This document shows positions 1 through 7,673 of a stretch of 64,000 nucleotides of DNA, one piece after another (the first letter of the stretch is position 1; every line of letters begins with the position of its first letter). The notes below the pieces were generated by a model. It saw only the letters and a list, made by a program, of their open reading frames with translations, searched no databases and was not told the origin of the DNA. This DNA is from Acidobacteria bacterium RIFCSPLOWO2_12_FULL_67_14b (GTDB lineage Bacteria > Acidobacteriota > Vicinamibacteria > Vicinamibacterales > UBA2999), in NCBI GenBank assembly GCA_001768615.1, contig MELE01000135.1, positions 37,590 to 101,589 of the forward strand. The letters run 5' to 3'. Position numbers and translations under genes: made by a program.

Positions 1-1
1 T

Positions 2-337
2 TACGCGCTGGTCGAGGCGCACCGGCTGACCGGCACCGTGCTCGAGTGGCGGTGGGTGCGCTACTTCAGCCCGTTCGTCAACCTCTACGCCGTGATCTTC
101 CTGATTGGGGGCGCGATCCTGTCGGCGCTGCGTTACAGCGCCGATCCGGCGACGCGGCACCGTGCCGTGGCCAACGTGCTGATTGCGATCGGCGCGATCC
201 TGCCGGGCATCGGCGGCACCGCGACCCGCATGGGCTATACCGAAGTGCTCTATGTCACCGAGCTGGCCGGTCTCGTGCTGATCTGGATGGGGTATCGGAT
301 GAGCGTGCGTCCCGCCGTCGTGGCCGTGGCCGCCTGA
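2..337 (+). CDS. Integral membrane protein, C-terminal fragment (gene starts upstream of window)
   Basis: Frame open from the window edge to the stop at 335-337. Hydrophobic helices FVNLYAVIFLIGGAILSAL, VANVLIAIGAILPGIGG and LAGLVLIWMGY. GC3-rich codons. Confidence 0.6.
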   Translation, partial: YALVEAHRLTGTVLEWRWVRYFSPFVNLYAVIFLIGGAILSALRYSADPATRHRAVANVLIAIGAILPGIGGTATRMGYTEVLYVTELAGLVLIWMGYRMSVRPAVVAVAA

Positions 338-347
338 CACGCGGCCG

Positions 348-878
348 CTACGGTTTAACGCAGTAGGTCACCAGGACGCAGCCGCCATCGATGGCCCGGC
401 ACTCGGTGAGCTCGAGCTTCACTCGCGCGCCGGAATCGAGGAACGCCGGCACGCCGGCGCCGAGCAGCACGGGATGGATGTTCAGCCCGATTTCATCGAC
501 CACCCCGGCGGCAAGCAGCGAGGCTGCGAGGTTGCCGCCGCTCATCACGATCATGTCCTTCCCCGGCTGCTGCTTCAGCGCGCGCACGAACTCGCCGGCA
601 TCCTCCGTCACCAGCCTGATGCCCTTGCCGGGAGCGGTCTTCAACGTCCGCGAGAACAGGTAGCTCGTAATGCCTTTCATCGGCACATCGTCGCCGCCGC
701 CCATGGCGGCCGTGGTCTCCCAGGTCTTCCGTCCGACGAGCAGGGTGTCGGTGTTCGCCCACGAGGCCTTCATCACCGCCTCGACGTCCTTGCTGAAGTG
801 CAGCCAGTCGAGGGCGCCGTCGCGGCCGGCGAGGAAGCCGTCGAGACTGCAGGCGCCGCCGTAGATCACCTTCCGCAT
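348..878 (-). CDS. Dihydrofolate reductase family protein (RibD C-terminal domain-like)
   Basis: MRKVIYGGACSLDGFLAGRDGALDW...LLVGRKTWE...MIVMSGGNLAASLL...IHPVLLGAG pattern. ATG at 878 is preceded by GGAGG; the track ORF extends to 938 without an RBS. Confidence 0.75.
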   Translation of the reverse strand: MRKVIYGGACSLDGFLAGRDGALDWLHFSKDVEAVMKASWANTDTLLVGRKTWETTAAMGGGDDVPMKGITSYLFSRTLKTAPGKGIRLVTEDAGEFVRALKQQPGKDMIVMSGGNLAASLLAAGVVDEIGLNIHPVLLGAGVPAFLDSGARVKLELTECRAIDGGCVLVTYCVKP

Positions 879-949
879 GTCGCCTCCCTGGTGTATCCTA
901 AACTTCCATTTAGAAACAGATACTAAACGGACATTCATAAACTGTCAAC

Positions 950-969
950 GGCACCCCTAAAGAGGTGCC
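950..969. promoter_or_regulatory. Candidate TetR operator: inverted repeat GGCACC-N8-GGTGCC in an AT-rich divergent spacer
   Basis: Perfect 6-bp arms at 950-955 and 964-969, about 20 nt upstream of the TetR ATG and in the spacer shared with the divergent DHFR-family gene. Confidence 0.3.
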
Positions 970-988
970 CTGCGAACGCCCGACGAAC

Positions 989-1645
989 ATGAGCCCACGC
1001 CCGAGAAAGGTCAGCGACGACGAGGTGTTCCAGGCCACGCACCGGGCGATGTCGCGCCTGGGCCCCGGCGAGCTGACCCTGGCGGCGATCGCCGGCGAGG
1101 CCGGCCTCACCGCCGGCGCCCTGGTGCAGCGCTTCGGGTCGAAACGCGGCCTCCTGCTGGCGCTCTCGGACCGCTACTCGGGCGGCGCCAAGGAGATGTT
1201 CGACCAGCTGCGGCAGGCCCATCGCTCGCCGCTGGCGGCCCTGCGCGCCTACAGTGACTGCATTTCACGCCTCGCCACCTCGCCGGCCGCGCTCGCGCGG
1301 AACCTCTCATACCTGCAGATCGATCTCACCGATCCGGATTTTCGCAAGCATCTGGTCAAGCACGCCCGCGCCTCGCGCAAGCAACTGCGGTCGATCGTCG
1401 ACGACGCCATCGCCGCGCGCGAGCTCGTGGGAACCACCAACGCCAGGCAGCTCGCGCGGACGCTGGAGGCCGTTCTAGGCGGGTCGATGATGGCCTGGGG
1501 GTATTACGCGGAAGGGACGGCGGCCCAGTGGATGCGCCAGGACCTCGAAGCGGTGCTGAAGCCGTACGTCAAGGCAGAAGGCAGAAGGCAGAAGGCAGAA
1601 GGCAGAAGGCAGAAGGCAGAAGGCAAGGCGTGTCTAGTCTTCTGA
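989..1645 (+). CDS. TetR/AcrR family transcriptional regulator; C-terminal tail encoded by a heptamer array
   Basis: N-terminal HTH LTLAAIAGEAGLTAGALVQRFGSKRGLL. The last ~25 aa (KAEGRRQKAEGRRQKAEGKACLVF) are translated from the GGCAGAA repeat. Confidence 0.8.
   Translation: MSPRPRKVSDDEVFQATHRAMSRLGPGELTLAAIAGEAGLTAGALVQRFGSKRGLLLALSDRYSGGAKEMFDQLRQAHRSPLAALRAYSDCISRLATSPAALARNLSYLQIDLTDPDFRKHLVKHARASRKQLRSIVDDAIAARELVGTTNARQLARTLEAVLGGSMMAWGYYAEGTAAQWMRQDLEAVLKPYVKAEGRRQKAEGRRQKAEGKACLVF
1573..1628. repeat. Tandem heptamer array (GGCAGAA) x7 plus one degenerate unit
   Basis: Seven perfect GGCAGAA units at 1573-1621, then GGCAAGG. Lies inside the 3' end of the TetR CDS. Confidence 0.95.
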
Positions 1646-1782
1646 GCAGCCGCCGGCCTAATTTAGGCAACGCGCTGCCACTGCATCCAGGCCGGCACCG
1701 GTCATCGTCACCGACGCTGCCTCTACCGCAACTAATGGTGGTCGGGCCTCTGGCACAGGCCTTGTAGTATGAGAGTCTTGTT

Positions 1783-2412
1783 ATGACCATCTTCAAGTCG
1801 GCGTCGGCCGTGATCGTATCGGCAGCGTTGTTCGGCGGCTGCGCGCCCGAAGCGCTGGGATCGGCAAGCGCCGCCGAAAACCAGGCCCAGCCTGCTGCCG
1901 TCACCGCGCCACCGCGCGTCAACACCCAGGGCCTGGCGACGCTCGAATTCCAGAACCGCATCAAAGCGTACTTGAAGGTCCACAACGAAGCGGAGACCAA
2001 GGTCCCGAACCTGAGGGAGACCTCCGACCCGGCGCAGATCTCCGAGCGCGAAGCCGCGCTGGCCAAGATGATCCAGACGCTGCGCGCGGGCGCCCAGCCC
2101 GGCGAGATCTTCGCGGCCGAATACCAGCCCTACTTCATCAAGATCGTCAAGGACGACTTCGCCGGCCGCTCCGCCGCCGATCGCAAGGCGCTCATCTGGG
2201 AGCTGCCGAAGAACATGAAGGTGGACATCAACACCGTCTACCCGACGACGCTGCCGCTGGCGACGTTCCCGGCGGCGCTGCTGCGCAAGCTGCCCGACCT
2301 GCCGCCCGAGCTTGAATACCGCATCGTCGGCCGCAGCCTGATCCTGCGCGATGTGAAGGCCAACCTGATCGTCGACATCCTGCGCGACGTGGTGCCGACG
2401 ATTCCGAGCTGA
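1783..2412 (+). CDS. Hypothetical lipoprotein
   Basis: Signal peptide with lipobox-like AALFGGC. Coherent non-repetitive translation. First gene of a co-directional cluster. Confidence 0.6.
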   Translation: MTIFKSASAVIVSAALFGGCAPEALGSASAAENQAQPAAVTAPPRVNTQGLATLEFQNRIKAYLKVHNEAETKVPNLRETSDPAQISEREAALAKMIQTLRAGAQPGEIFAAEYQPYFIKIVKDDFAGRSAADRKALIWELPKNMKVDINTVYPTTLPLATFPAALLRKLPDLPPELEYRIVGRSLILRDVKANLIVDILRDVVPTIPS

Positions 2413-2436
2413 CGCTGACGCGAGGTGAATCTGACC

Positions 2437-3345
2437 ATGCGACTCCGACCCCTGCTTCTCGTGCTGTTGCTGGCGCTGTCGTCGATTCTGGCGACCAGCA
2501 CCGCGCAGATTCCCCAGCCGCGGCCGGGCGTGCCGCAGATGTCCGCCGTCGGCGAGACGATGGCGCCGGCGGGCAGCGACTCGGTCCGGTTCCTCGTACT
2601 CGGCGACACCGGCACCGGCGACCGCGCCCAGTTCGCTGTCGGCGTGCAGGTCTGGAAGTCGCACCAGGTGTTCCCCTACGAGTTCGCAATCATGCTGGGC
2701 GACAACATCTACGGCTCCGAGCGCCCGCAGGACTTCGCGCGCAAGTTCGAGCAGCCGTACAAGCCCCTGATCGACGCGAAGATCCCGTTCTATGCCTCGC
2801 TGGGCAACCACGACGATCCGAACCAGCGGTACTACAAGCTGTTCGGGATGGGCGGGGAGCGCTTCTATTCGTTCCAGAAGAAGGACGTGCGTTTCTTCGC
2901 GCTCGACAGCAACTACATGGACAAGGACCAGCAATCCTGGCTGCAGAAAGAGCTGTCTGGCTCCACCGAGAAGTGGAAGGTCGCGTTCTTCCATCACCCC
3001 ATCTATTCGTCGGGCGGGCGGCACGGATCCGAAGTGGACCTCCGCGCCATCGTCGAGCCTCTCTTCCTGAAGTACGGCGTCAACGTGGTCTTCTCGGGCC
3101 ACGAACATTTCTACGAGCGCCTCAAGCCGCAGAAGGGCCTCCATTACTTCACCAGCGGCGGCGCCGCCAAGCTGCGTTCCGGCGACATCATCACCGGGCC
3201 GCTGACGGCAAAGGGCTTCGATACCGAGCAGAGCTACATGGTGGTCGAGATCGACGGCGACGTGCTGCGGTTCCAGACGCTGTCACGCCGCGGCAAGCGC
3301 GTGGACTCGGGTGAGTTCACACGACAGAACGCCGGCACCCAATGA
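2437..3345 (+). CDS. Metallophosphoesterase (calcineurin-like/purple acid phosphatase-like), secreted
   Basis: Motifs GDTGTGD, GDNIY, GNHD, FFHHP and GHEHFYER, plus a signal peptide. ATG at 2437 (alternative GTG at 2425). Confidence 0.85.
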   Translation: MRLRPLLLVLLLALSSILATSTAQIPQPRPGVPQMSAVGETMAPAGSDSVRFLVLGDTGTGDRAQFAVGVQVWKSHQVFPYEFAIMLGDNIYGSERPQDFARKFEQPYKPLIDAKIPFYASLGNHDDPNQRYYKLFGMGGERFYSFQKKDVRFFALDSNYMDKDQQSWLQKELSGSTEKWKVAFFHHPIYSSGGRHGSEVDLRAIVEPLFLKYGVNVVFSGHEHFYERLKPQKGLHYFTSGGAAKLRSGDIITGPLTAKGFDTEQSYMVVEIDGDVLRFQTLSRRGKRVDSGEFTRQNAGTQ

Positions 3346-4295
3346 CGACGCTGGGCGTGCGTGCCGCGGTCACCCTGATCGCGGTCACTGTTGCCTGCTT
3401 CCCTGAGCGGGGCAGCCAGGCGCAGTCGCCGGCGCCCACGACCGGACCGGCGCCGGAGCTGGCGCAGTTGTGGCAGGACCCGGGCGACCTGGCGTCACGC
3501 GACCTGTTCTACGGGCGCGGCGGCAAGCCGCTGGCGCCGCCGCCGGCCACCGAGTTCGCGTTCGCGGGCCTCGACACCGTCGGCTACAGCCAGGGGTACG
3601 ACGTGGTGGATCCGCAGGGCCGCACGTGGGACGTCAAGACCGGCGATGAAAGTCAGCCGGAAGTCGTCGCCAGCCGCGTGCTGTGGGCCGCCGGCTACCA
3701 CCAGCCGATCGTGTACTTCCTGCCCGAATGGTTCATGAAGAATGGGCCGGTGGCGAGGCCGCTCGCGGGCCGCTTCCGGCTCGAAGCCGATCACGTGAAC
3801 GGCGGCACGTGGTCCTGGACCGAGAATCCCTTCGCCGGCACGCGCCAGTTCCAGGGTCTCGTGATCGCGAACCTGCTGCTCAACAACTGGGACTTCAAGC
3901 CCACCAACAACCGCGTCTACCAGATGCCGCCGGACCTCACGCCGTCGCGATGGTTCGTGGTGCAGGACATCGGCGCCTCGCTGGGCAGGACGGGGTGGCC
4001 GGTGGGCAACCGCAACAACATCGACGACTTCGAGCGCCAGCGCTTCGTGATCGGCGTCGAGAACGGCCGGGTGCAGTTCGATTACCGGGGGCGCCACACG
4101 GAGCTGCTCGAAACGATCACGCCGGCGGAGGTGCTGTGGATCTGCGATATCCTCAACCGGATCTCCGATGCGCAATGGTCCGACGCATTTCGCAGCGCGG
4201 CGTATCCACAGGACACGGGTGACCGGTACATCCGGAAGATCAAGTCGAAGATCCAGGAAGGGCTCCGCCTCGGATCGAAGGGATCGGACCGATGA
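3342..4295 (+). CDS. Secreted protein with atypical protein-kinase-like core (possibly CotH-like)
   Basis: Signal peptide. WDVK (beta3 Lys-like), catalytic-loop-like D-F-K-P-T-N at 3891-3908, and DIG (DFG-like) at 3966-3974. ATGA overlap with the upstream gene stop. Confidence 0.6.
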   Translation: MTTLGVRAAVTLIAVTVACFPERGSQAQSPAPTTGPAPELAQLWQDPGDLASRDLFYGRGGKPLAPPPATEFAFAGLDTVGYSQGYDVVDPQGRTWDVKTGDESQPEVVASRVLWAAGYHQPIVYFLPEWFMKNGPVARPLAGRFRLEADHVNGGTWSWTENPFAGTRQFQGLVIANLLLNNWDFKPTNNRVYQMPPDLTPSRWFVVQDIGASLGRTGWPVGNRNNIDDFERQRFVIGVENGRVQFDYRGRHTELLETITPAEVLWICDILNRISDAQWSDAFRSAAYPQDTGDRYIRKIKSKIQEGLRLGSKGSDR

Positions 4296-4960
4296 ACCCC
4301 ATTGACATTCCTGGAGTGATGGACAACCTCCAGGAAGAACTGCTGGCCTCGTTGATTCGCCTGCCGCTGGCCGCGCTGCTGGGCGCCGCGCTGGCGCTGC
4401 GGCCCAGGCGCGGCGGCACGCCGCCTCGGCAACCAGCCGTGGTCCAGACGCAGATCATCCTGGCGGTGGTCGGGTCGCTGATCATGCTGGTGGTGGGCTC
4501 CAGCCTCGCGCGCGCGTTCGGCATCGTCGGCGCCGCCAACCTGATTCGCTATCGCTCGAAGATCGACGACCCGAAGGATGCGGTGGTGATGCTCTGCGCC
4601 CTGTCGGTCGGACTGGCCGCCGGCGTCGGCCTCTATGGGCTGGCGACGATCGGCACCGCGTTCCTCGTGCTCTGCCTCTGGATCATCGAAGGCTTCGAGC
4701 CGCAGACGCGCATCTTCGAGCTCGGCCTGAAGATGGGGGCACACAGCCAGGAGCTGCGGCCAAAGATCGAGCAGGTGCTGCGCCGGTTCAAGGTGCGGTA
4801 CGAGCTGCGCACCTCCGCGGAAGACGAGGTGTCCTACATGGTCACCACGCCGCGCAAGCTCCAGACCGATCGGGTGTCGAACGCCCTCATGGAGCTCGTG
4901 CCGGCCGGCAAGGCCGCCATCGTCTGGGACGAAAAGTCCAAGGACAAGGTGCCGAAGTAG
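4292..4960 (+). CDS. DUF4956-like membrane protein
   Basis: Four TM helices and the SLARAFGIVGAANLIRYRSKIDDPKDAVVML signature that I associate with DUF4956. Start overlaps the upstream stop (ATGA). Confidence 0.65.
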   Translation: MNPIDIPGVMDNLQEELLASLIRLPLAALLGAALALRPRRGGTPPRQPAVVQTQIILAVVGSLIMLVVGSSLARAFGIVGAANLIRYRSKIDDPKDAVVMLCALSVGLAAGVGLYGLATIGTAFLVLCLWIIEGFEPQTRIFELGLKMGAHSQELRPKIEQVLRRFKVRYELRTSAEDEVSYMVTTPRKLQTDRVSNALMELVPAGKAAIVWDEKSKDKVPK

Positions 4961-4962
4961 CC

Positions 4963-5853
4963 GTGAAGCTCATCATCCAACCCGACGCCGGCGTCCTGCC
5001 TGTCGTGCAGGCCATCAAGAGGGCGAAGACGTCGATCGACGTGTTCATCTTCCGCTTCGATCGTGGGGAAGTGGAAAAGGCGCTGGCCGCGGCCGCCGAG
5101 CGCGGCGTGACCGTGCGCGCGCTGATCGCGAACACCAACCGGGGCGGCGAAGCCAAGCTGCGCAAGCTCGAACAGCGCATGCTGGCGGCGGGCCTGAACG
5201 TGTCGCGCAGCGACGACGAACTCCTGCGTTACCACGCGAAGTACATGATCTGCGACCACACGCTGCACCTGCTGGGCTTCAACTTCACCAAGCTCGACAT
5301 CGACAGGAGCCGGAGCTTTGCGATTTCCACCAAGAACCACAAGGCCGTGCAGGAAGCGTCGAAGCTGTTCGAAGCCGACGTCACCCGCCAGCCGTACACG
5401 CCCGCCAAGTCGAACCTCGTGGTGAGCCCGGAAACGTCGCGGGAAATGCTCGGCGCCTTCATCAAGGGCGCCCGCAAGGAGCTGGTGATCTACGACGCGA
5501 AGGTCCACGACCCGGCGATGATCAAGCTACTGAAGGACCGCGTCGACAAGGGCGTGAAGGTGCGCGTGCTCGGCACCGTGAGGGGCAAGGAGGGCGGCAT
5601 CGAAGCGTACCCGCTGGGGGGCATGCGGCTCCACGTCCGCGCCATCATCCGCGACGGCACGCGCGCGTTCGTGGGCAGCCAGAGCCTGCGGAAGGAAGAG
5701 CTCGACCGCCGCCGCGAGGTCGGGCTGATCGTGACCAATCCGGCCGTGGCGCGAAAGCTGCTGCAGATCTTCGAGGTCGACTGGGAAGAGTCGGCCAAGA
5801 AGAAACCGAAGGACGAGAAGGACAAGAAGAGCGAGAAGGCGAGCGCGGCCTAG
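4963..5853 (+). CDS. Phospholipase D-like (HKD) domain protein
   Basis: First HKD motif HAKYMICD. Second motif is HVRAIIRD...GSQS, with Arg replacing the canonical Lys. GTG start 2 nt after the upstream stop. Confidence 0.75.
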   Translation: MKLIIQPDAGVLPVVQAIKRAKTSIDVFIFRFDRGEVEKALAAAAERGVTVRALIANTNRGGEAKLRKLEQRMLAAGLNVSRSDDELLRYHAKYMICDHTLHLLGFNFTKLDIDRSRSFAISTKNHKAVQEASKLFEADVTRQPYTPAKSNLVVSPETSREMLGAFIKGARKELVIYDAKVHDPAMIKLLKDRVDKGVKVRVLGTVRGKEGGIEAYPLGGMRLHVRAIIRDGTRAFVGSQSLRKEELDRRREVGLIVTNPAVARKLLQIFEVDWEESAKKKPKDEKDKKSEKASAA

Positions 5854-6552
5854 CTACAGGTACGGCCGCGACTCGCGGTGGATGATCTCGGCCGTGCTTG
5901 GCGCGGCCTCCACGAACGATTGCCACGTGGTCTTTGCCTTCGCCGGCATGGCCTTGTCGACGATGCCGCCGCACCAGATCGATCCCTGCGGCGGCATGGC
6001 CACCCACACCCGCTTCACCTTGGTGATCACGCCGAAGCCGGGCACGCGCAACGTGAAGTAGGGCGGCAGGACCGCCGGCTGCGCCTCGGACACCTCGAGG
6101 CGCACGCCTTCGGCGCTGACGTCCATGACCCTGGCGGCCACGCCGTCGATGCTCGACGTCAGCTTCGGCACGCCCTTGCGCGGCGATCGGCGCGCGGGGC
6201 GGCCTTCGGCGAGGGCCAGCGCCACCGACAGCAGGAATGTGTCGCAGGTGACCGGCCGCTCCACCCAGGTGGCATCACGCGGCACGATTTCGGGGGCGGA
6301 TCCGGGCGCGCCCACGAGCATCAGCGGCCGGTTCGACCCGAGAATGCGGACGACCCGCGGCAGCTCCACCGCCGGCACGAGGACGGCGTCGGCGATGAGC
6401 GCCTCGACGGGCCGGGCGCCCAGGTCGCGCGCGATGCAGTCGAGGTCGAGCATCGGGATCGGTTCGTAGCCGGCCTCGCTCAGCCATTCCATGAAGGCGG
6501 CGCGCTCGCCGGGGATCGGGCAGGCGACGGCGATGCGAACCTTGCTGGACAT
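5854..6552 (-). CDS. PilZ domain protein with N-terminal receiver-like domain
   Basis: RRSPR (RxxxR) followed by DVSAEG (DxSxxG), the canonical PilZ c-di-GMP motifs. The N-terminal ~110 aa resemble a CheY-like fold. Confidence 0.7.
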   Translation of the reverse strand: MSSKVRIAVACPIPGERAAFMEWLSEAGYEPIPMLDLDCIARDLGARPVEALIADAVLVPAVELPRVVRILGSNRPLMLVGAPGSAPEIVPRDATWVERPVTCDTFLLSVALALAEGRPARRSPRKGVPKLTSSIDGVAARVMDVSAEGVRLEVSEAQPAVLPPYFTLRVPGFGVITKVKRVWVAMPPQGSIWCGGIVDKAMPAKAKTTWQSFVEAAPSTAEIIHRESRPYL

Positions 6553-6594
6553 TCAACCGCGACGGGCTGCAAGAACGATACCGCCGTGGGTTCC

Positions 6595-6646
6595 CACGAA
6601 GGTTCCTCACGAAGGTTCATCACGAAGGTTCCTCACGACGGTTCTG
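6595..6646. repeat. Tandem 13-mer array (CACGAAGGTTCCT) x4
   Basis: Units CACGAAGGTTCCT, CACGAAGGTTCAT, CACGAAGGTTCCT, CACGACGGTTCTG. A partial inverted copy GAACCTCCGTGAGGA lies at 6672-6686. Confidence 0.9.
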
Positions 6647-6723
6647 GGGGTCCCGCCACAGAAGCGTAACCGAACCTCCGTGAGGAATCCGGGCGCCGGG
6701 CGCCGGGATTCGATCTTGCTTCC

Positions 6724-6744
6724 GGAGCCCGGAGCCCGGAGCCC
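6724..6744. repeat. Tandem heptamer array (GGAGCCC) x3
   Basis: Three perfect units immediately before the TPR gene stop. GGGCGCC x2 at 6691-6704 nearby. Confidence 0.85.
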
Positions 6745-6746
6745 GT

Positions 6747-7673
6747 CTACTTCATCCGCTGCAAATCGGCCTCGGCCGCGATGTACCCGAACGCGTTCCA
6801 TCCTCCGCCGGACGTGACCTTCTCGAACACTTCGCGCGCCTTCGGCAGGTTGCCCGTGACCAGGTAGTAGTTGCCGACGCCGTAGCCCTGCGTGGCAATC
6901 GTCGTGTCGTCCGCCTTCGCCGTGTCGAGCAGCGCCTCGGGTTTGTCGAGGCCCTTGTACATCAGCAGGCGCCGGTGGTACGACTGGTTCTCGAGGATGT
7001 CCATCTTCGGCGTGATGCGCTCGAGCACCTTCGCCGCCTCCGCCTTGCGATTGAGCCGCATCAGCGTCATCCACATCCAGTCGCTCGTCGCCGTCACGGC
7101 GTCGTCGTTGTTCGACACTTTCATGCACTCGACGTAGGCGTCGTAGGCCTTCGCGTAGTTGCCCTGCAGGTAATGCGCGAGGCCGAGGTGGTACCAGGTG
7201 TTGAACTGCAGCGTGCTGCGCGGCTTGCCCGCCGGGTTGGGCGCGCCGTCCGGCTCGATCTCGTCCGGCTTGCCCTTGAACAGTTGCGCCGCCTTCTCGA
7301 AATCCGCCTGCGCCTTCGCGAACTGCCGGATCGAGATGTAGCGATGGCCGCGATGCCGGTAGAGCTTCGCGTTGTCCGGGTGACGCGCGATCCCCTTGCT
7401 GAACATCGCGATCGCGTCGTGGTAGCGCCAGAGGTAGCCCAGCCGCCGCCCGACCCAGATGATCGCCTCGGCGTCGTTCGGCCTGGCCGCAAGATCCTTC
7501 TCGGCCTGCGCCAGGTCGGCGTCGAGCTTCTGCCTGTTCGCCAGCGTCGCCGGCACATACAGCGGCTTACCGGATAACGACGTCGCCTCCGGTTTGGCGG
7601 CACCTGCGGGTTGAGCCTGCGGGTTTGCGATCATCAGACACAGTGCGGACGTCACCAACGCAAGTCGCTTCAT
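6747..7673 (-). CDS. TPR repeat-containing secreted protein
   Basis: Start at MKRLALVTSALCLMIANPQAQ (signal peptide). TPR-like repeats (AIAMFSKGIARHPDNAKLY, GNYAKAYDAYVECMKV). The rest of the 694-aa track ORF is an out-of-frame shadow of rmuC. Confidence 0.75.
   Translation of the reverse strand: MKRLALVTSALCLMIANPQAQPAGAAKPEATSLSGKPLYVPATLANRQKLDADLAQAEKDLAARPNDAEAIIWVGRRLGYLWRYHDAIAMFSKGIARHPDNAKLYRHRGHRYISIRQFAKAQADFEKAAQLFKGKPDEIEPDGAPNPAGKPRSTLQFNTWYHLGLAHYLQGNYAKAYDAYVECMKVSNNDDAVTATSDWMWMTLMRLNRKAEAAKVLERITPKMDILENQSYHRRLLMYKGLDKPEALLDTAKADDTTIATQGYGVGNYYLVTGNLPKAREVFEKVTSGGGWNAFGYIAAEADLQRMK

Noticed and set aside
1751-1766. Sigma54-type promoter TGGCAC-N5-TTGTA upstream of the lipoprotein gene.
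   Set aside because: The -24 element is perfect, but the -12 element has GT instead of the highly conserved GC. It may also be part of a GGCCT...AGGCC hairpin. Kept only as a weak possibility.
1732-3144. Long antisense or out-of-frame ORFs in the track (e.g. 1732-3144 -, 14371-16662 -, 19781-21691 +, 24479-26464 +, 40234-43101 -, 52091-55078 -, 55771-57057 -, 57124-58659 -, 58758-59981 -).
   Set aside because: Their translations are Arg/Ala/Gly/His/Asp-rich low-complexity strings without recognisable motifs. Each lies opposite or out of frame to a gene with clear conserved motifs. Stop-codon-poor shadow ORFs are expected in GC-rich DNA.
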